This document shows positions 12,101-27,100 of a DNA stretch of 64,000 bases, piece by piece. A model generated the notes under the pieces. It was not told where the DNA came from, did not search any database, and was given only the letters and a program-made list of their open reading frames with translations. Source of the stretch: Haliotis rubra (Eukaryota); assembly GCF_003918875.1 (NCBI RefSeq), contig NW_025765181.1, forward strand, positions 806,001-870,000, given 5' to 3'. The stretch's first letter is position 1; every line of letters begins with the position of its first letter. A program made the translations under genes and the position numbers.

Positions 12101-15100
12101 GTAGTTCTATTTTCTTAGAATGTGCAATTAAGTGTGTATTTTTGCCCTACACTAAAACTAACAATGAAACTCCAAATTTACCTATGCAGGTAACTCTGAC
12201 ACAGCTAATGTCTTCTATAATCTACTATCAGTTCTACATAAAGATCTGGAAACAGGGGAGGTAACCTCAGGATCCAAGGGGAGACAACTGCATATACCTT
12301 TACTGGATGCAGATCTAATATTGCTCCATCAAGCACCACCAGCTTGCACTCAAGATGAGCATAGCTCTGAATCCAAATTCACAATAAAACCGTTACACAA
12401 CTTCAGAGATCACATTGGTTAATTAAACAGTTGCCATGATGAAGTGATTTCAGTGACAAATTGAATAATGGCTACCAACCAATGTGTAATCTTCAAAAAC
12501 CTTGAGATGACAAGTTATTTTGAGTCAGTGCTTATTGCATATGTGAAGGATGAGAAATGTTAAGGATGCATGTTGAACTAAGGAAAATGATGTAAGTTAG
12601 TGCGTCTTATCTTCACTCTAGTCCGTAATGACACATTTTAATCCAACCATAAGTGATGAAGCAAAGAATCAGACAAAATGTCAAAAGATAAAATGGGTAA
12701 TATACCAAACAAAGAGTGAATTAATTTCAGCTTTGCAACAAGTTGCATGTTGCTTACAGCAGAAGGGTACAAGAATAATGCAGTAACGTAGTATGCATTG
12801 TAACAATTTCATTGAACTGTATGATGTCAGCATCAGAAAGTAGAATTTGAGGGAAATATGTAAATGTGCTCATTTTCATCCATTTGCTACAAATTAAGCA
12901 GGCTAACATGCAGACATTACTATGTTTTCTTATTGCTAATTGCACTATTAAGTATTGCTATCTATACCAGCTCGCCCCAGCCTCAAACTATGTCTCCCTG
13001 CCACACCTACTGTGTATGTATCAGATATATCTGACAGGAACAGTCCTCATGATTCCCCAAATATCAATCCTGTCTATAGCTCACCAGCACATGTCCAGCA
13101 GGCCAGCTGATGTGTGACCTTGTACTGACCAAACATATAAATACCAACCACCCCATGTCCACAACTGTTTCTCTAAGGCAGACATGATGTGACTGTAGCT
13201 CACCTGATGCATATTTTCTTCTTCAACACTGCTGAGGTCTGAGGGCACCTGTTCCTCAGCATGTATGGCCTGGGGTTGCAACGCTGCGGTCCCCACTGGC
13301 CTGGTCAAGCCTCTCATTGTCTGCATAACCCTCTCTGACTCCAAGGACTGAAGACCTCGTGCTGGGAGGTTCTCACTGGATGAGCCCTGAACAGATGGAT
13401 CTGGAAGAGATATGGATATTGGTGAGGTGAGGTGAGGTGAGGCAGGGTGACATGAGGTGAGATGACCTTGGGACTTCCCTTACAGAGACTACAGACAGGA
13501 ACAGTGTGCTATGTCTATTTCTCGGTCAAACTGATACAAAATTTACCCCAATATGGAATCTTTACTCAAACTACCGCCCGTCACTCTCATGATTAATTCA
13601 TGTCAGTATGTGCAAGTAGGACCTTAGCACCAAATGCTTGGGAACTTCAGTCAATCCAGTGATGTTGAATCAAGATGAAGAACACTGATAAAAGTCATGC
13701 TTGTTTGTAACTTAGATGAGTAATTGATTCACCAACAGCCAGTTCTTAAGACAATTTCGTCAATGAGCAGCAGGTGTTAGTGTGAGTCAGGCAGCTGGCA
13801 CTGTGTCATAATACATCGACCTCAAGGACTGATGCTCATGCTATTAACCATTAGTTATTTACACCCTACCACAGCGGTGATATTACTGACTTGGATTCAA
13901 AACGTATTTGGCCTCGTTCAATTTCAGTGAAATATTTACTTGATGAGATGCAGAATGCGAAGGCACAAAATTACTTGTCTCACAATTATCACGACTGTTT
14001 TTCTTAATTAGGAGATAAACATCATGTGTTGGCCAATTTCTGGGAGTTATTGAGTATTTGACGTCACCCCTGCCGACGACGTAACAATATAATGGTGTGT
14101 GCGATGTTTGTACATATTAATATGCAGCGAATGGTCTTGCAATTTCCGTGAATCGAATACCATTCGATCATGTTTTTCAACCAATCAGATTAAAGAACAC
14201 ATTGACTTTTGGTTCACAATTAAGTTTAACAATATTTATAGGTTGCCATGACACAGTTGGGATATATCAGAGTCTGACACAAAAAGTAGTACAGATCAAT
14301 CGCTGTACAGTTCACTGGTTTCATAGCAACAAAATGTACAAGTTGGAAAACCAGTGTCTCACAAACTGGGGAATAATGACACAATCTACCGGCTCACAAA
14401 GTTTTGGAAGTCACTGTACCCTGGTGTCACCAAAGATTCCATACACAGACTCACTAACCAGCAAGGCAATGGTGGCCTTTGTTACAAGATCTCATCCTGA
14501 AGTAAGTTGAAGTTTGACAACAACACTTTCACTGTGACCGCAAGCACACACACACAAACACACACACTCTCTCTCTCTCACACACACACACACACTCTCT
14601 CTCTCTCACACTCACACACACACACAATCACACAAAATAGACCCAAGAACTTTACAAACCCATGCTAGAAGGAACTTCACACATATTCCACATGTGGTAA
14701 TCCAAATCAAAGACTGCTGTTCATGTATCTAACACACAGATGGAGATGTGTATCACGTCCCATAGATCTGCAGTAACCATCTGTGTAGCTTGCCATACAT
14801 TACACACTGTCCCGCCAACACCTTACATGTATTGATCCTGTCTATACTGCACTCTTCCTTACACGGAATCAAGTCATTGGCTTGAGATAAATCTCCCTGC
14901 TTTTGAGACTTGTGATTTCAGCTTATTGTATCCTGTACCATTCACATACATCTACATGCGCTGATCAATATGGCTTCTCACTGTCACGTTTAAACTTATA
15001 TACATGCCCGGCACTGTTAACCCTTTAACTCAGCAACACAAATCTGCTGGCAGTTAAGTTGAAGGGTATAAATGTTTGTTGTTAAACCCCAACACAGAGA

Positions 15101-18100
15101 TATTCCAACTTTATGACACCAGCCAATAATCTGATCTGGACCAAACCAGTGATTGATATTATGAACACTGTTAGGTACCGATTTAGTTACTGCTTCACAG
15201 ACTCCACTCACCAGGACATGGTATAATCACAAATTGAAATAAAGTATCAAAAATATATTCTCTCCTTAATGGATTAAAAACAAAGTCACGTCTCTGGGTC
15301 CAAAATATTTTCAGGCAGAGATGATTGCAAAAAATTACCTGTACAGTGGAAGCCCTCTAAACCAGCATTTGTTGGGACCAGCACAAAATGCTGGTTTAGA
15401 GGGTGGTATATGATCATAAATTAGCTTCTACCGGGACCAAATTCTAGTGCCGATATTGAGAGCATGCTGGATTGGAGGGCTGCCGGTTTAGAGGGCTTCC
15501 ACTGTATATTAGATCATACTATCCAACACTACAAGATTTACTTTCAGTCCCAAACAACACCCCTTCCACAGTGATAACAAACAGGCAACGATTTCACATA
15601 CTCCACAGTGATATTGATTTTCATGACTCAGGAAGGGTTAACTCCACCTGTTGCTAGAGCCTACAGCGACAGCTTGAACATACTCACTACACGCTGATCA
15701 TGTTTCATAATACCAAGTTCAATCCATCTCCTAATATCACCCCATACATCAAGGTCTGACTCATTAATCGTCCATAGATAGATAGCTGTCAACTTGTTTC
15801 TGGTATTGTCCTAGATCATCCATGGCAGAGATACAACGCCGTGACTGACAGTTCCACAGGTGAATTGTTTGGAAGGTAATTAAGCTGTATGTTTGTGTTG
15901 ATATCCAGTTGATGACTCAATCTGTTTGTTTATTTATAATTGGCTACGTTTAGCTCAGTCAAAATTGTGTTTATTTGAATAAATCATATTTTTTTTATGC
16001 AATTAGTGAATTTAGTGATGATTTTGACACTAATGAGGGTATTTCATGTCAACAAAACAAAAAACACATGTCCTACGGGATAAACAAATGCCTCCATTGC
16101 AGGAAGGCATGAGAGACTAACTACAGATGAATTAACTACAGCAATATGGAAGAATCCATTAGTAACAATTTCGAAAGATAATAAACTATACTTGTGGGAA
16201 CATGAAAGACAAAATATTCTTTCAAACTTCACATACTGAGTTTAACCTACAGCTAATTGAAACAGATGAATATTTCAAATGAATGAATGAATTAATGAAT
16301 GAATGAATGAATGAACAGAGGTGGACAATCAATCAATAGCACAAGCCACACAGGGAAGTAGAATGACAAAATCAAAGCACCTGTTACTGGTCAATTCTTA
16401 AAACACGCATGGAATCCCATGTCATTAAAAGCCTCCTGATGTTGTATTTGTGCAGGGAACATATATATACATGCATGCCAGGAGATGACAATCTGACAGA
16501 GTGGTCTGTTCTACTCACCTGAGTCAGGGTTCAACAAAGAGGGCACCTGCTCTGATGGCAGGATTTGTTTGAGACGCTGCAAGATGTTCTCGTAGGATTG
16601 GATCCTCTTCCTACATACATCCAGCTCCACCTCATGACCACACGAACCCTGAAACATGGCAACACATGATGTGATCTGAGTGATTAGAACCCTGAAACAT
16701 GACAACACATGATGTGATCCGAGTAATTAGAACCCTGAAACATGACAACACATGATGTGATCCAAGTAATTAGAACCCTGAAACATGACAACACATGATG
16801 TGATCCGAGTAATTAGAACCCTGAAACATGACAACACATGATGTGATCCGAGTAAATAGAACCCTGAAACATGACAACACATGATGTGATCCGAGGAATT
16901 AGAACCCTGAAACATGACAACACATGATGTGATCCGAGGAATTAGAACCCTGAAACATGACAACACATGATGTGATCAGGGGAATTAGAACCCTGAAACA
17001 TGACAACACATGATGTGATCTGGGGAATTACAACCCTGAAACATGACAACACATGATGTGATCCAGGAAGTTAGAACCCTGAAACATGGTAACACATGAT
17101 GTGATCCAGGAAGTTAGAACCCTGAAACATGAACTTAGTAACACATGATGTGATCCAGGAAGTTAGAACCCTTAGAACATGACAACCATGAACACAACAT
17201 GAACCCTGAAACATGACAACACATGATGTGATCCAGGAAGTTAGAACCCTGAAACATGACAACACATGATGTGATCCAGGAAAATTAGAACCCTGAAACA
17301 TGACAACACATGATGTGATCCGAGGAATTAGAACCCTGAAACATGACAACACATGATGTGATCCAGGAAGTTAGAACCTTGAAACATGACAACACATGAA
17401 CAGGAAGTTAGTAATTAGAACCCTGAAACATGAAATGTGATAGAACCCTGAAACATGACAACACATGATGTGATCCAGGAATTAGAACCCTGAAACATGA
17501 CAACACATGATGTGATCCAGGAAGTTAGAACCCTGAAACATGACAACACATGATGTGATCCAGGAAGTTAGAACCCTGAAACATGACAACACATGATGTG
17601 ATCTAGAAGTAATTAGAACCTTGAAACATGACAACACATGATGTAGATTAGTTAAACCTGAAACATGACAACACATGATGTGATAGAACCTTGAAACATG
17701 ACAACACATGAGTGAATTAGAACCCTGAAACATGACAACACATGATGTGATCCAGGAAATTAGAACCCTGAAACATGACAACACATGATGTGATCCAGGA
17801 AGTTAGAATTAGAACCAGGAAATTGAAACATGACAACACATGATGTGATCCAAGTAATTAGAACCTTAAAACATGACAACACATGATGTGATCCAAGTAA
17901 TTAGAACCCTGAAACATGACAACACATGATGTGATCCAGGAAATTAGAACCCTTAAACATAACAACACATGATGTGATCCAGGAAATTAGAACCCTGAAA
18001 CATGGCAACACATGATGTGATCTGGGAAATTAGAACCTTAAAACATGACAACACATGATGTGATCCAAGTAATTAGAACCCTGAAACATGACAACACATG

Positions 18101-21100
18101 ATGTGATCCTGGAAATTAGAACCTTGAAACATGGCAACACATGATGTGATCCGGGAAATTAGAACCTTAAAACATGACAACACATGATGTGATCCAGGAA
18201 ATTAGAACCCTGAAACATGACAACACATGATGTGATCCAGGAAGTTAGAACCCTGAAACATAACAACACATGATGTGATCCAGGAAATTAGAACCCTGAA
18301 ACATGGCAACACATGATGTGATCTGGGAAATTAGAACCTTAAAACATGACAACACATGATGTGATCCAAGTAATTAGAACCCTGAAACATGACAACACAT
18401 GATGTGATCCGGGAAATTAGAACCTTAAAACATGACAACACATGATGTGATCCTGGAAATTAGAACCCTTAAACATAACAACACATGATGTGATCCAGGA
18501 AATTAGAACCCTGAAACATGGCAACACATGATGTGATCCGGGGAATTAGAACCCTGAAACATGACAACACATGATGTGATCCAGGTTATCACAGACATGA
18601 AATGTAAAAATTAAACTGCATGACTCCTGAAACAATATATTTTTTGTGTTGATGTTTATTAATGTCTCACTCTGCAATATTTCAGCTATATGTAAAGATT
18701 GAGACTGGACCAGACTATGCAGTGATTATCTCATGAGCATCAATAATGATTGGACAAGATGACATGCAAGAACCAAGTCAGTAAGTCTGACCCAATACCT
18801 TTATTTGCCACTAATGACAAGCATGGGTTGATGAAGATCAATTCTAACTCTGATATTCACAGGTTGAAACACTATTTAATCCCCCATCAAAATTCCAGAC
18901 ATAGTTTTGACATCTTACCTTGCCCTGTCTGAGCTGTACCACTGTGTCTCGGAGATGAGAAACAAGTTTCTCGGTCTCAGACAACTGACGCTCAGATTCT
19001 TCGAGCAAAACCATCTTTGCCTGCACTTGTGCCAACTCCGTTTTCGGCACTTTTACTATGGCTCCTTCATCATCATCCGAAAACTGGGCAGTCTGCTTGA
19101 GCTGATTCTGAAGGACCACAATCCTCTTGTGACACTCCTCAAGAGTGCGGGGGAGCCTCTCCCTGGACGCTCCCTCCAAAGACTGAAACACAATGTCAGT
19201 GTTTATATATTACCATGTATAATAACACAGCATGTGTTCCTAGTTCTCAACAACAATCTCCTTCTCCTTCTGCCTTTTAAGATCATACAAGTTATCAACA
19301 TCTTCCCTATATAATATACATGTATATCAAACTTTGAAACATCACTTCCAGCCACTGAAATACAACTGATGACTAATCTGTATCTGTTTACAGGCTGTTG
19401 ATGCACATTGAGGACATATTAGGCTGTCATCATTCCTTGCATGTCAAAAGAATGCTATGTCTATGAGTTGTATTTTCCTGCATAAGCAACCTTAAAGATA
19501 CTATCCAGCACTAAGAATGGGTGAGTGAGTACGGTATTACGTCACTTTTAGCAATATTCCAGCAACGCCATGGTGGAGGACATCAGAAATAGGCTTCACA
19601 CATTGGAAGTATGTAGGGAATTAATCTCACGTCTTCACTGAAGGACAAACCACTAGGCTACTCCACTGCCCATCAGCTCTATGAGAATCTATACCAATAC
19701 CATCAGTCCAAACCAACAGAAAGGTTCTCCGGTGTCTCACCTGTTTGCCACTGCTCTCCAGTTCCTGAATCCGGTACTTGAGTTTGTTCTCACTCCGCTG
19801 TAGATTACTGATGCGGTCCTTCATAATAGCTTCAGTCTGCTCAAGTTGCCTCACTTTAGCCTGAGAGTCTATATCTCGCAACTCAAATTCCTTCAAACGT
19901 TTTTGCAACACAGTTTCGTTCTTCTCTGAACTCTCCACCTGCTGTTTCAAACCGAGTTCTGAGTCTTTTGTTACAAGAAGCTGCCTGTTCAGCTCTTGCA
20001 CATTTCCCTGAATGCCCTGGATGTGATTGTACAGGACAGCATTCTCCTCCACGGCTCTCTGTAGCCGCGTGGAAATGTCCATATTCATCATGTCTAGTTC
20101 GGATATCTTACTATTAGCTGCTGCCTCAGAGTTTTCTAACACCATTAACTTGTTCTGAAGACTGACTTCCACATTTTCATAATTCTTCACCCTCTCATAC
20201 AGAGCTGTCTCAGAGCTTTCCAACTCCTGACACCGAAGTCGAAGATATTCTGACTTCTGTGCCAGAGTCATCTTCTCTGTGGCAAGCTCCTCTAGCCTCT
20301 TTCTCAGATTAACCTCTGAAGCAGCAAGCTCTTCTACAGTCATTTCCATGTTTTCGGATTTTGCAATCCATAATTCCTCATCCAGTTTGAGTTTCTTGAC
20401 AAGTTCGCGGAGTCTCCTCTCATGGATCTGCAGGAGATGTGTCTGGTCCTCCATCTTGGTTTTCTGGGAGTCCAGATCTTCACATTTCTGGTAGAGTTCC
20501 GACTCTGCAGCCTCCATCTTTTCCACCTGCTCCCGGAGCACCTTCTCCGACAGCTGCAGCTCCCGGATGCGAACATTCTGATCATGAATGGTCCCTTTGT
20601 CCCTCCGTGCAATCTCATGGAGCTCCTCTCTGTCTGCTTCCAGTTCAGATATCTGCCAACATTTCAGGAAATGACTCAAAGGTTATTGACTTACTGACAG
20701 ATCTTTACAACCAAGAAATAATGAATAGGACGGATTTTGTTTATTTGCTTATTTCTTTTATTCAATATCACTATCATGAATATTCTATTTGAGGTGTCTG
20801 TTAAGAATCAAGTTTGGACCACACAATGCAGTGACTGACATCCCCAGCGTTGATACAAGTAATAGGGATACAATGACATGCAATGGAGTCACTGAGCCCG
20901 ATAGCCCAGTTCATTTTGTGTTCTATGACAAGCATGGTAGCTGGCACCTATACTCCATGAGTTGAATAGGAAGGAAACTGTGACAAGCTGTTCAAGGCAG
21001 CTTTACACACATCTCACTCACTCACTCACTCACCTGTTCTCTATGATGCTTGTCCAGCTTCTCCAGTTCACGGATCTGCTGAAGCAGTACATCTTCTGGT

Positions 21101-24100
21101 TTGTCCAACATGTTGTCTGTTGTCTCTGTGGCAACAGGTGCTGCCACCTGGCTAGTCTCAAGCCGTTCAACTTTCCTCTTCAGAGATTTCTCTGACTGCT
21201 CAAGTTGGTCCACTTTTCTGGACAGAACCTGATTCTTGGCATCTTGTTCCAGTCTCTCTATCTGCTGCTTCAAATGATGTTCACGTTTCTTCAAGGTATC
21301 AATCTTATGGAAGAATTCTGCATGATTTCCATCACACTTCGATGCTGGTACGGGTGGTGGTTTGGCTGACCTATCAGAGTGTTTTATTTTCTTTCTGAGA
21401 TCATCTTCTACAAGCTGAAGTTCAACAACCTTTTGTTTAAGTCTTGCTTCTGATGCTTTGAGTTCAATGACCTGGTGTTTGAGTTTTTCAACACCAACTG
21501 GACTAACTTCAGATCTGAAAGTAAAAGAGATCATAATGAATTTATCTGAATATATTCAATGTCAACAAAATAGGTTTGTAATAAAACAGTGAAAACATAA
21601 ATCTTTTGTTTATCTGACATAAGAGTTGGTAAGGCTGAGAGGGATATTGCAGTCAGTTCCTGTAACAATGATATCACACACCTGAAGAATATTTCTTGTT
21701 GATAAAGAAACATTACTACTATTTACACGTGACACATGTGTAACTGAGCGAGCTGGGTTAAACACCTCTATTAACAGTGTTCCAGTTCTCTGTGATAGGT
21801 CAGCTTGACGTGGAAGGCAAGCCCAAAGTGATGCAAGTGTAAAAATGTCCTGAAGATGGGCATACATCAGAATGGATGTGTTTCTGTGACTGTAGTTCAA
21901 CTGTGTAAGTCCTAGTTCAACTGTTTAAAGGTAGACTGTAAATGATCATGGCTGGGCTCAAACACCAGTGGTTGATAACCTTAACAAGCTATGATGTGGC
22001 ACACTGGTGACAAGACAGGAGCACTTTAATAACCCTGCTGTGTCCACTTACAAGCATGGAGATCTATTCTGCTGTGAACTGTTACATAAATGTTAACTTT
22101 GATCAAGTCAAAAATAGCCCTGAAATAATGCCAACGGGACATACAATTTTGACTCACACATTAACCCATGAAGTCTGTGATACTCAGCCCCGAGACTTCT
22201 TCCATCAAAACAAACACTGTCAACAGACAAACCAAGACTAACACAATCGGCCCTTCCCACTGACCATAACATAAACAAATCTCCATCAGCATTATCTATC
22301 AGCACTTCTAAACAGATGATACAACAGTCAATGTTCACTAACTTGTTCCCATTAACTTTGACATGACATCAATGAGCATACACCATCAGACCTCTCCATC
22401 CATTCGTCAATTCTGAGTGTGCCCAGCGGACGTTCGAGCAGGAAATTCATTAGGTACTACAATCAAACTACCAGGGTTGATTACTCCAGGTGGAAAAACC
22501 ATGTCGTGATCAATCAATAATGCATGTGCCAACAGACAGGAGGCACTCCCGCCTTGATCGTCCAACAGATACTTCGCTGAACGCTCACATTCCCACAGAC
22601 TTAGTACTAACATGGACCAACTCTGCTGCCCAGAGGATAGAACATCTGCAATGAGAGCTGAACCTCAGTGTTTCGATCCCTGACCTTATCATGCCAAAAG
22701 ACATAAAAAGATGGTATTTGGTTTCTATGCATGGCTTTCAGCATAATGGGGATAAAGGAAGGACTGGTCCACTCGGAGTGGGTATACTGTGTCTGAGTGG
22801 GGTATCCATGTTAAACATGGTAGGGGCTGATAGAGTAGACTGTGACAATAGTACTGGGACACACGCACGCACACACACACACATCTCAATACACATGCAC
22901 GTCACAATATAATTATACCGCACTACTTCATCTCCTATTGTTGTAGGCCAACAAACCGCTGACCAAAGGCAGATGTAAGAAATATGACATCAACCCATAT
23001 CACTTTATTGCTAAACTACAGGTTAAAGTACCAAGATACCAGCTCCAAATATTAGATCCCACTCATTCACTGGAGAGGGGCATGGGGTAGCCTAGTGGTT
23101 AAGGCGTTCGTTTGTCAGACGGGTTCAATTCCCCACATGGGTACAATGTGTGAAGCCCAATTCTGGTGTCCCCCGCCATGATATTGCTGGAATATTGCTA
23201 AAAGCGGCATAAAACCCAACTAACTCACTCATTCACTGGAGACATACCTTTCCGACAACATAACCCTCTAGTCTATTGTAACTTTCCTGTGTCTGCCTCT
23301 GTCCCTACCCTAGGCAGCCAATCTGCATATGAGTGCATATAGGTGAGGGATGTTGTTGCGATTCACCTCACGCCAGGTATGATCAATAAGTAGTTGACAG
23401 GCAACTATCGCGTTAGTGTTGTATTCTACATTTCCTGCCACTGAAAACCAATCCATCAACATCCTGTCTGTAATACAAGTAGTTTTATGTCCAACATCAT
23501 GTGACCATAATTATGTGCATAATACAACAATATTAGCGGTGCTGTAAGAATATCATACATGTATATTATCAGCTACAATATTTCGGGATTGTTGTTAGAA
23601 TTGGTCTCTACCAATCTCGTGCTGATCGTAAAGGATTGACTTCGGAGCAGATCACAGACACAAACACTTTTACCTGTTTTACACTTTAAACTGACAGGTA
23701 GACCTCGTAATTAGTGGTGTTCCGATTAATTGAAATAATCAAAGATTGGTCGCAGTGACCAAACGACCAAGCAATCGATCACATTTTCTCATAATCGAAC
23801 ATAAACGATTTTGGAACTACTGTTTTAGTCTTTAAAATACTTGACAATGGAACATATCGTTGAAGTGTCAGGGCCTGAAAACGTGTTTAATTCTTAGAAA
23901 ACTCACTTCACTAACTGAAAAGCCATGACTAAATATTTCTTAAAGACTTCGGGAAGTTTATGTTCATGATATATTAGTCTTCACTTTAAAGTAACAAGTT
24001 GCATCATGTTATACTTTTCTGCAGTAACAACCCTGATAGGAAAATCTGAAAAATGACGCTAACCAATCTTTTTCGATGATTGTTCGTTGGTAATGAAGCA

Positions 24101-27100
24101 ATCATCAATTGTGAGATTTCAACCAATTCCCAACACTACTCGTAATACAGTTATCTTTTTGACAAATACATATCTAAAAATAATAATAATAAAATATAGA
24201 CTTGTCCAATCATTCTAGACATAAGTTCTAAGCTCATTTTTTAATCTATTCTCTGGAGTGGGGAAGGCAGGCTACCCCATGTATAGACAGCTGCTTCTCT
24301 ATGTATAGAAGCTAGTACATATATCAGAGTCTACACTTAGCCATAGCTATGGTCACAGCAGGAATATAGAAACTTGGCCTTCTTCCCCTGTGTACAGTTC
24401 ACAATTAAGACAGAGCTAATGTAACCTAAATGTCAACATGTAAGAATGGACTCCACTTGGTAGGTAGAGAGGTAACTTCATAGACAGTTGTACAGTGCTT
24501 TTGACTGATACTACCAGACACAGAGTCTGTGGGGTAGATGTCTTTGTTCAGTTCACCATCAAGCCTCACAGTGAAGATATAGGTTCACAGGCATACAGCC
24601 AAACATGAACAATTCCTTGCGTTCAAGATTAAAATGTCTAAATGATCAGAAAAAAACACTTATTTGGGCTGTGGTAGTCCCAGATGTTTCCCAGGGACAA
24701 AATCTCGTAAAAATCATATGAATGTCAAAATGTGTTGTTTTTTAATTATCAACATCAGTTTTGTGATCTAGTGACTGGTCTCATATCAAGAGCAAAATCA
24801 GCAAATTATGTAAACCTCACCCAGTAATGCTGGTCGTCATTGATAAGCTACAAGGACTAAATTGATGGCATATATAAATGTTGCTAAACACCCTTCACTT
24901 TAAAGAGACTGAGAAACCAATATCCAAGTATGCCAAAAATTTAATGAATTTACTGATACAAATACGCTTAAATGTCAATAAGCTGTAACCTACATGCTAA
25001 ACAAAAGAGGACATATCATACTATTAGTCTCCAAACACACAATAATAATCATAATATTCCTGCCACAGTGTATCAATCTCTGCTCCACTGCTGAACGAGG
25101 CACCTGTGATGGGCATTGATTCATCACGGATCGCCAGATCTGAAGGAGGCCGGCTTAAAGTGGTCCTCGTGAGATAATCAATGCCAAGAAACACATGCCG
25201 TGATAGTCACCGCCCTTTTCACTGGCATACCTTGAGTGAGCGAGACAACGCAGGTAACAGCATGCAAACAGACCCTATTATTTCATATCAGCATACTGAC
25301 AACACTCCTCTCATAAACAAACACCTTCAAGTGTTAGCACAAGTTAATTAAGTCAACAGCAAGAATATTTTAGCTCTGTGAAAATGATGGAAATAGGCTT
25401 ATTGATTCTGTGGCAATCAGTTACAATAGCTGGATTATCAAAATTCCCAGTACATTTAGAGTAGAGTAAGCCTTGAGTAGACAAGAGTTTATAGATGACA
25501 TGTGATTTCTGTGAACAACCAGAAGTGTAATAGTGTTGATTTGTTTTAACACACATGAAGTTGAACTGTAAAATGTGAGACTTAAGCCATAAACAGAATA
25601 AGCTGACATCTCGGCATATCAAAAACCTACCCCACAATGAACCAGTAAATCCAAAGTGACACCACAGATGAATGACAAAACGATCACTGCACTGCATTTA
25701 GTAATCACAGTTGATAACCATGTCACATTTCCCTCAATTCACTTTTCAAAGCCAAGCATGACTGGATGACAATCTGAATAGCTATGGAATGCCGAGATCC
25801 AAGATCCCCAAACAGGTAGAAACATGCGGACAGGTGTCTAACGACATCAAGTCAAGATCGTCAATTCACCTGGATGAAAATACAATAGCCAAAGCAAACA
25901 TCGCCTTCACCTGACCTACCTGTCTTTCGAGACTACACGGAACAAACACAGGTCTTCAGGTAACACTCGTTAAATCAAGTGGAACAACTGTGTTGAAACT
26001 GACCCAAATACAGCTGTAACTGCAACCTCATACACACAGGGATTGACAGATTAATCCTGGGTATGATCCAAGATTATTCTGTCAAAACAACCTGACACCC
26101 CTATCGGCAGATTGATCTATCTGGCTAATCTTTTCGATCATCAGTTACCTGTGAAGATTGTTGTCATGGTGCTAGTTCATTATTCTTTATGGGGGAAACA
26201 GGTAGTGGAATTTAGGTCAGAGATCAGAACAGAAAGCTCACTGCATAAAAACAAATGAAGCTATCATTTTGACAGCTGATTACTACTCAATGCCCACTTA
26301 GCTCAAAGAATCTAAAATATATTAATCTCAAGGCAAAGAAAAACTTAAATATTTCGAAATAACATTGAAAACATAAGGTAATATGCAAAGAAAGTGTTTC
26401 CATTTCCTCAAAGTTTTTCAAGTCCAAGGGCCCAGTCAGTCAGTACTGAGTGAAAGGGAATAAAAGCCTGAATTTTAGTTAAGGCTTAATCCTTTTAAAA
26501 ACCTAGATCCTAGCATTAGACATGAAACCTTTTATTGATAATAACTTCTTTGTTGCTTATCAAAGCTTGTTTCAGGATATTTATTGCTTGTAATGATGTT
26601 TAGGAGCGATCTCTACAACTACAACTGTTATACTCCTGTTAAAAATCGTCTTAGACGTTATGTTGACATCGGCACAGGGTTTAGGGCTATATCTTGCACC
26701 TTGAAACCTATTACGGGCAACTACTCTTTAACTGTTCCTCACATTTCAGTGAGTGAGTGAGTGTGGTTTTACACCACAATATTCCAGCAATATCCCAGCA
26801 GGAGACATCAGAAATGGGCTTCACACATTGTACCCATGTAGGGAATCGAACCCGGGCCTTCGGCGTGACAAGCGAACACTTTAACCACTAGGCTACCCCA
26901 CCGACCTCCTCCTGATATATAAGACTCAACAACATGTTTCTTTTGCAACTGATATCAAGAATTTAGTTTAGTTTTGTTTGTGCAACAGTACGTTTATATA
27001 ACATTTGATGACAGTTTTCATGAAGCTAGTTCCCTAAGCTGTATAATACTGTTGTATTCTGTCACACATTTTCCAGAAACAAACAAGCAGACATCACTCA

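Noticed and set aside
16727-17784. Repetitive ORFs (MLSCFRVL...)
   Set aside because: They are translations of the 43-bp repeat. The unit is not a multiple of 3, so stops rotate through the frames.
17120-17830. Scrambled partial units in the middle of the 43-bp array (similarly near 29090-29140)
   Set aside because: They cannot be distinguished from consensus errors in repeats without the reads.
25020-25260. CpG-containing patch as an alternative terminal or membrane-anchor exon
   Set aside because: The phase-compatible reading is short (SEKGGDYHGMCFLALIISRGPL-stop), its hydrophobic stretch is too short for a transmembrane helix, and the acceptor is weak.
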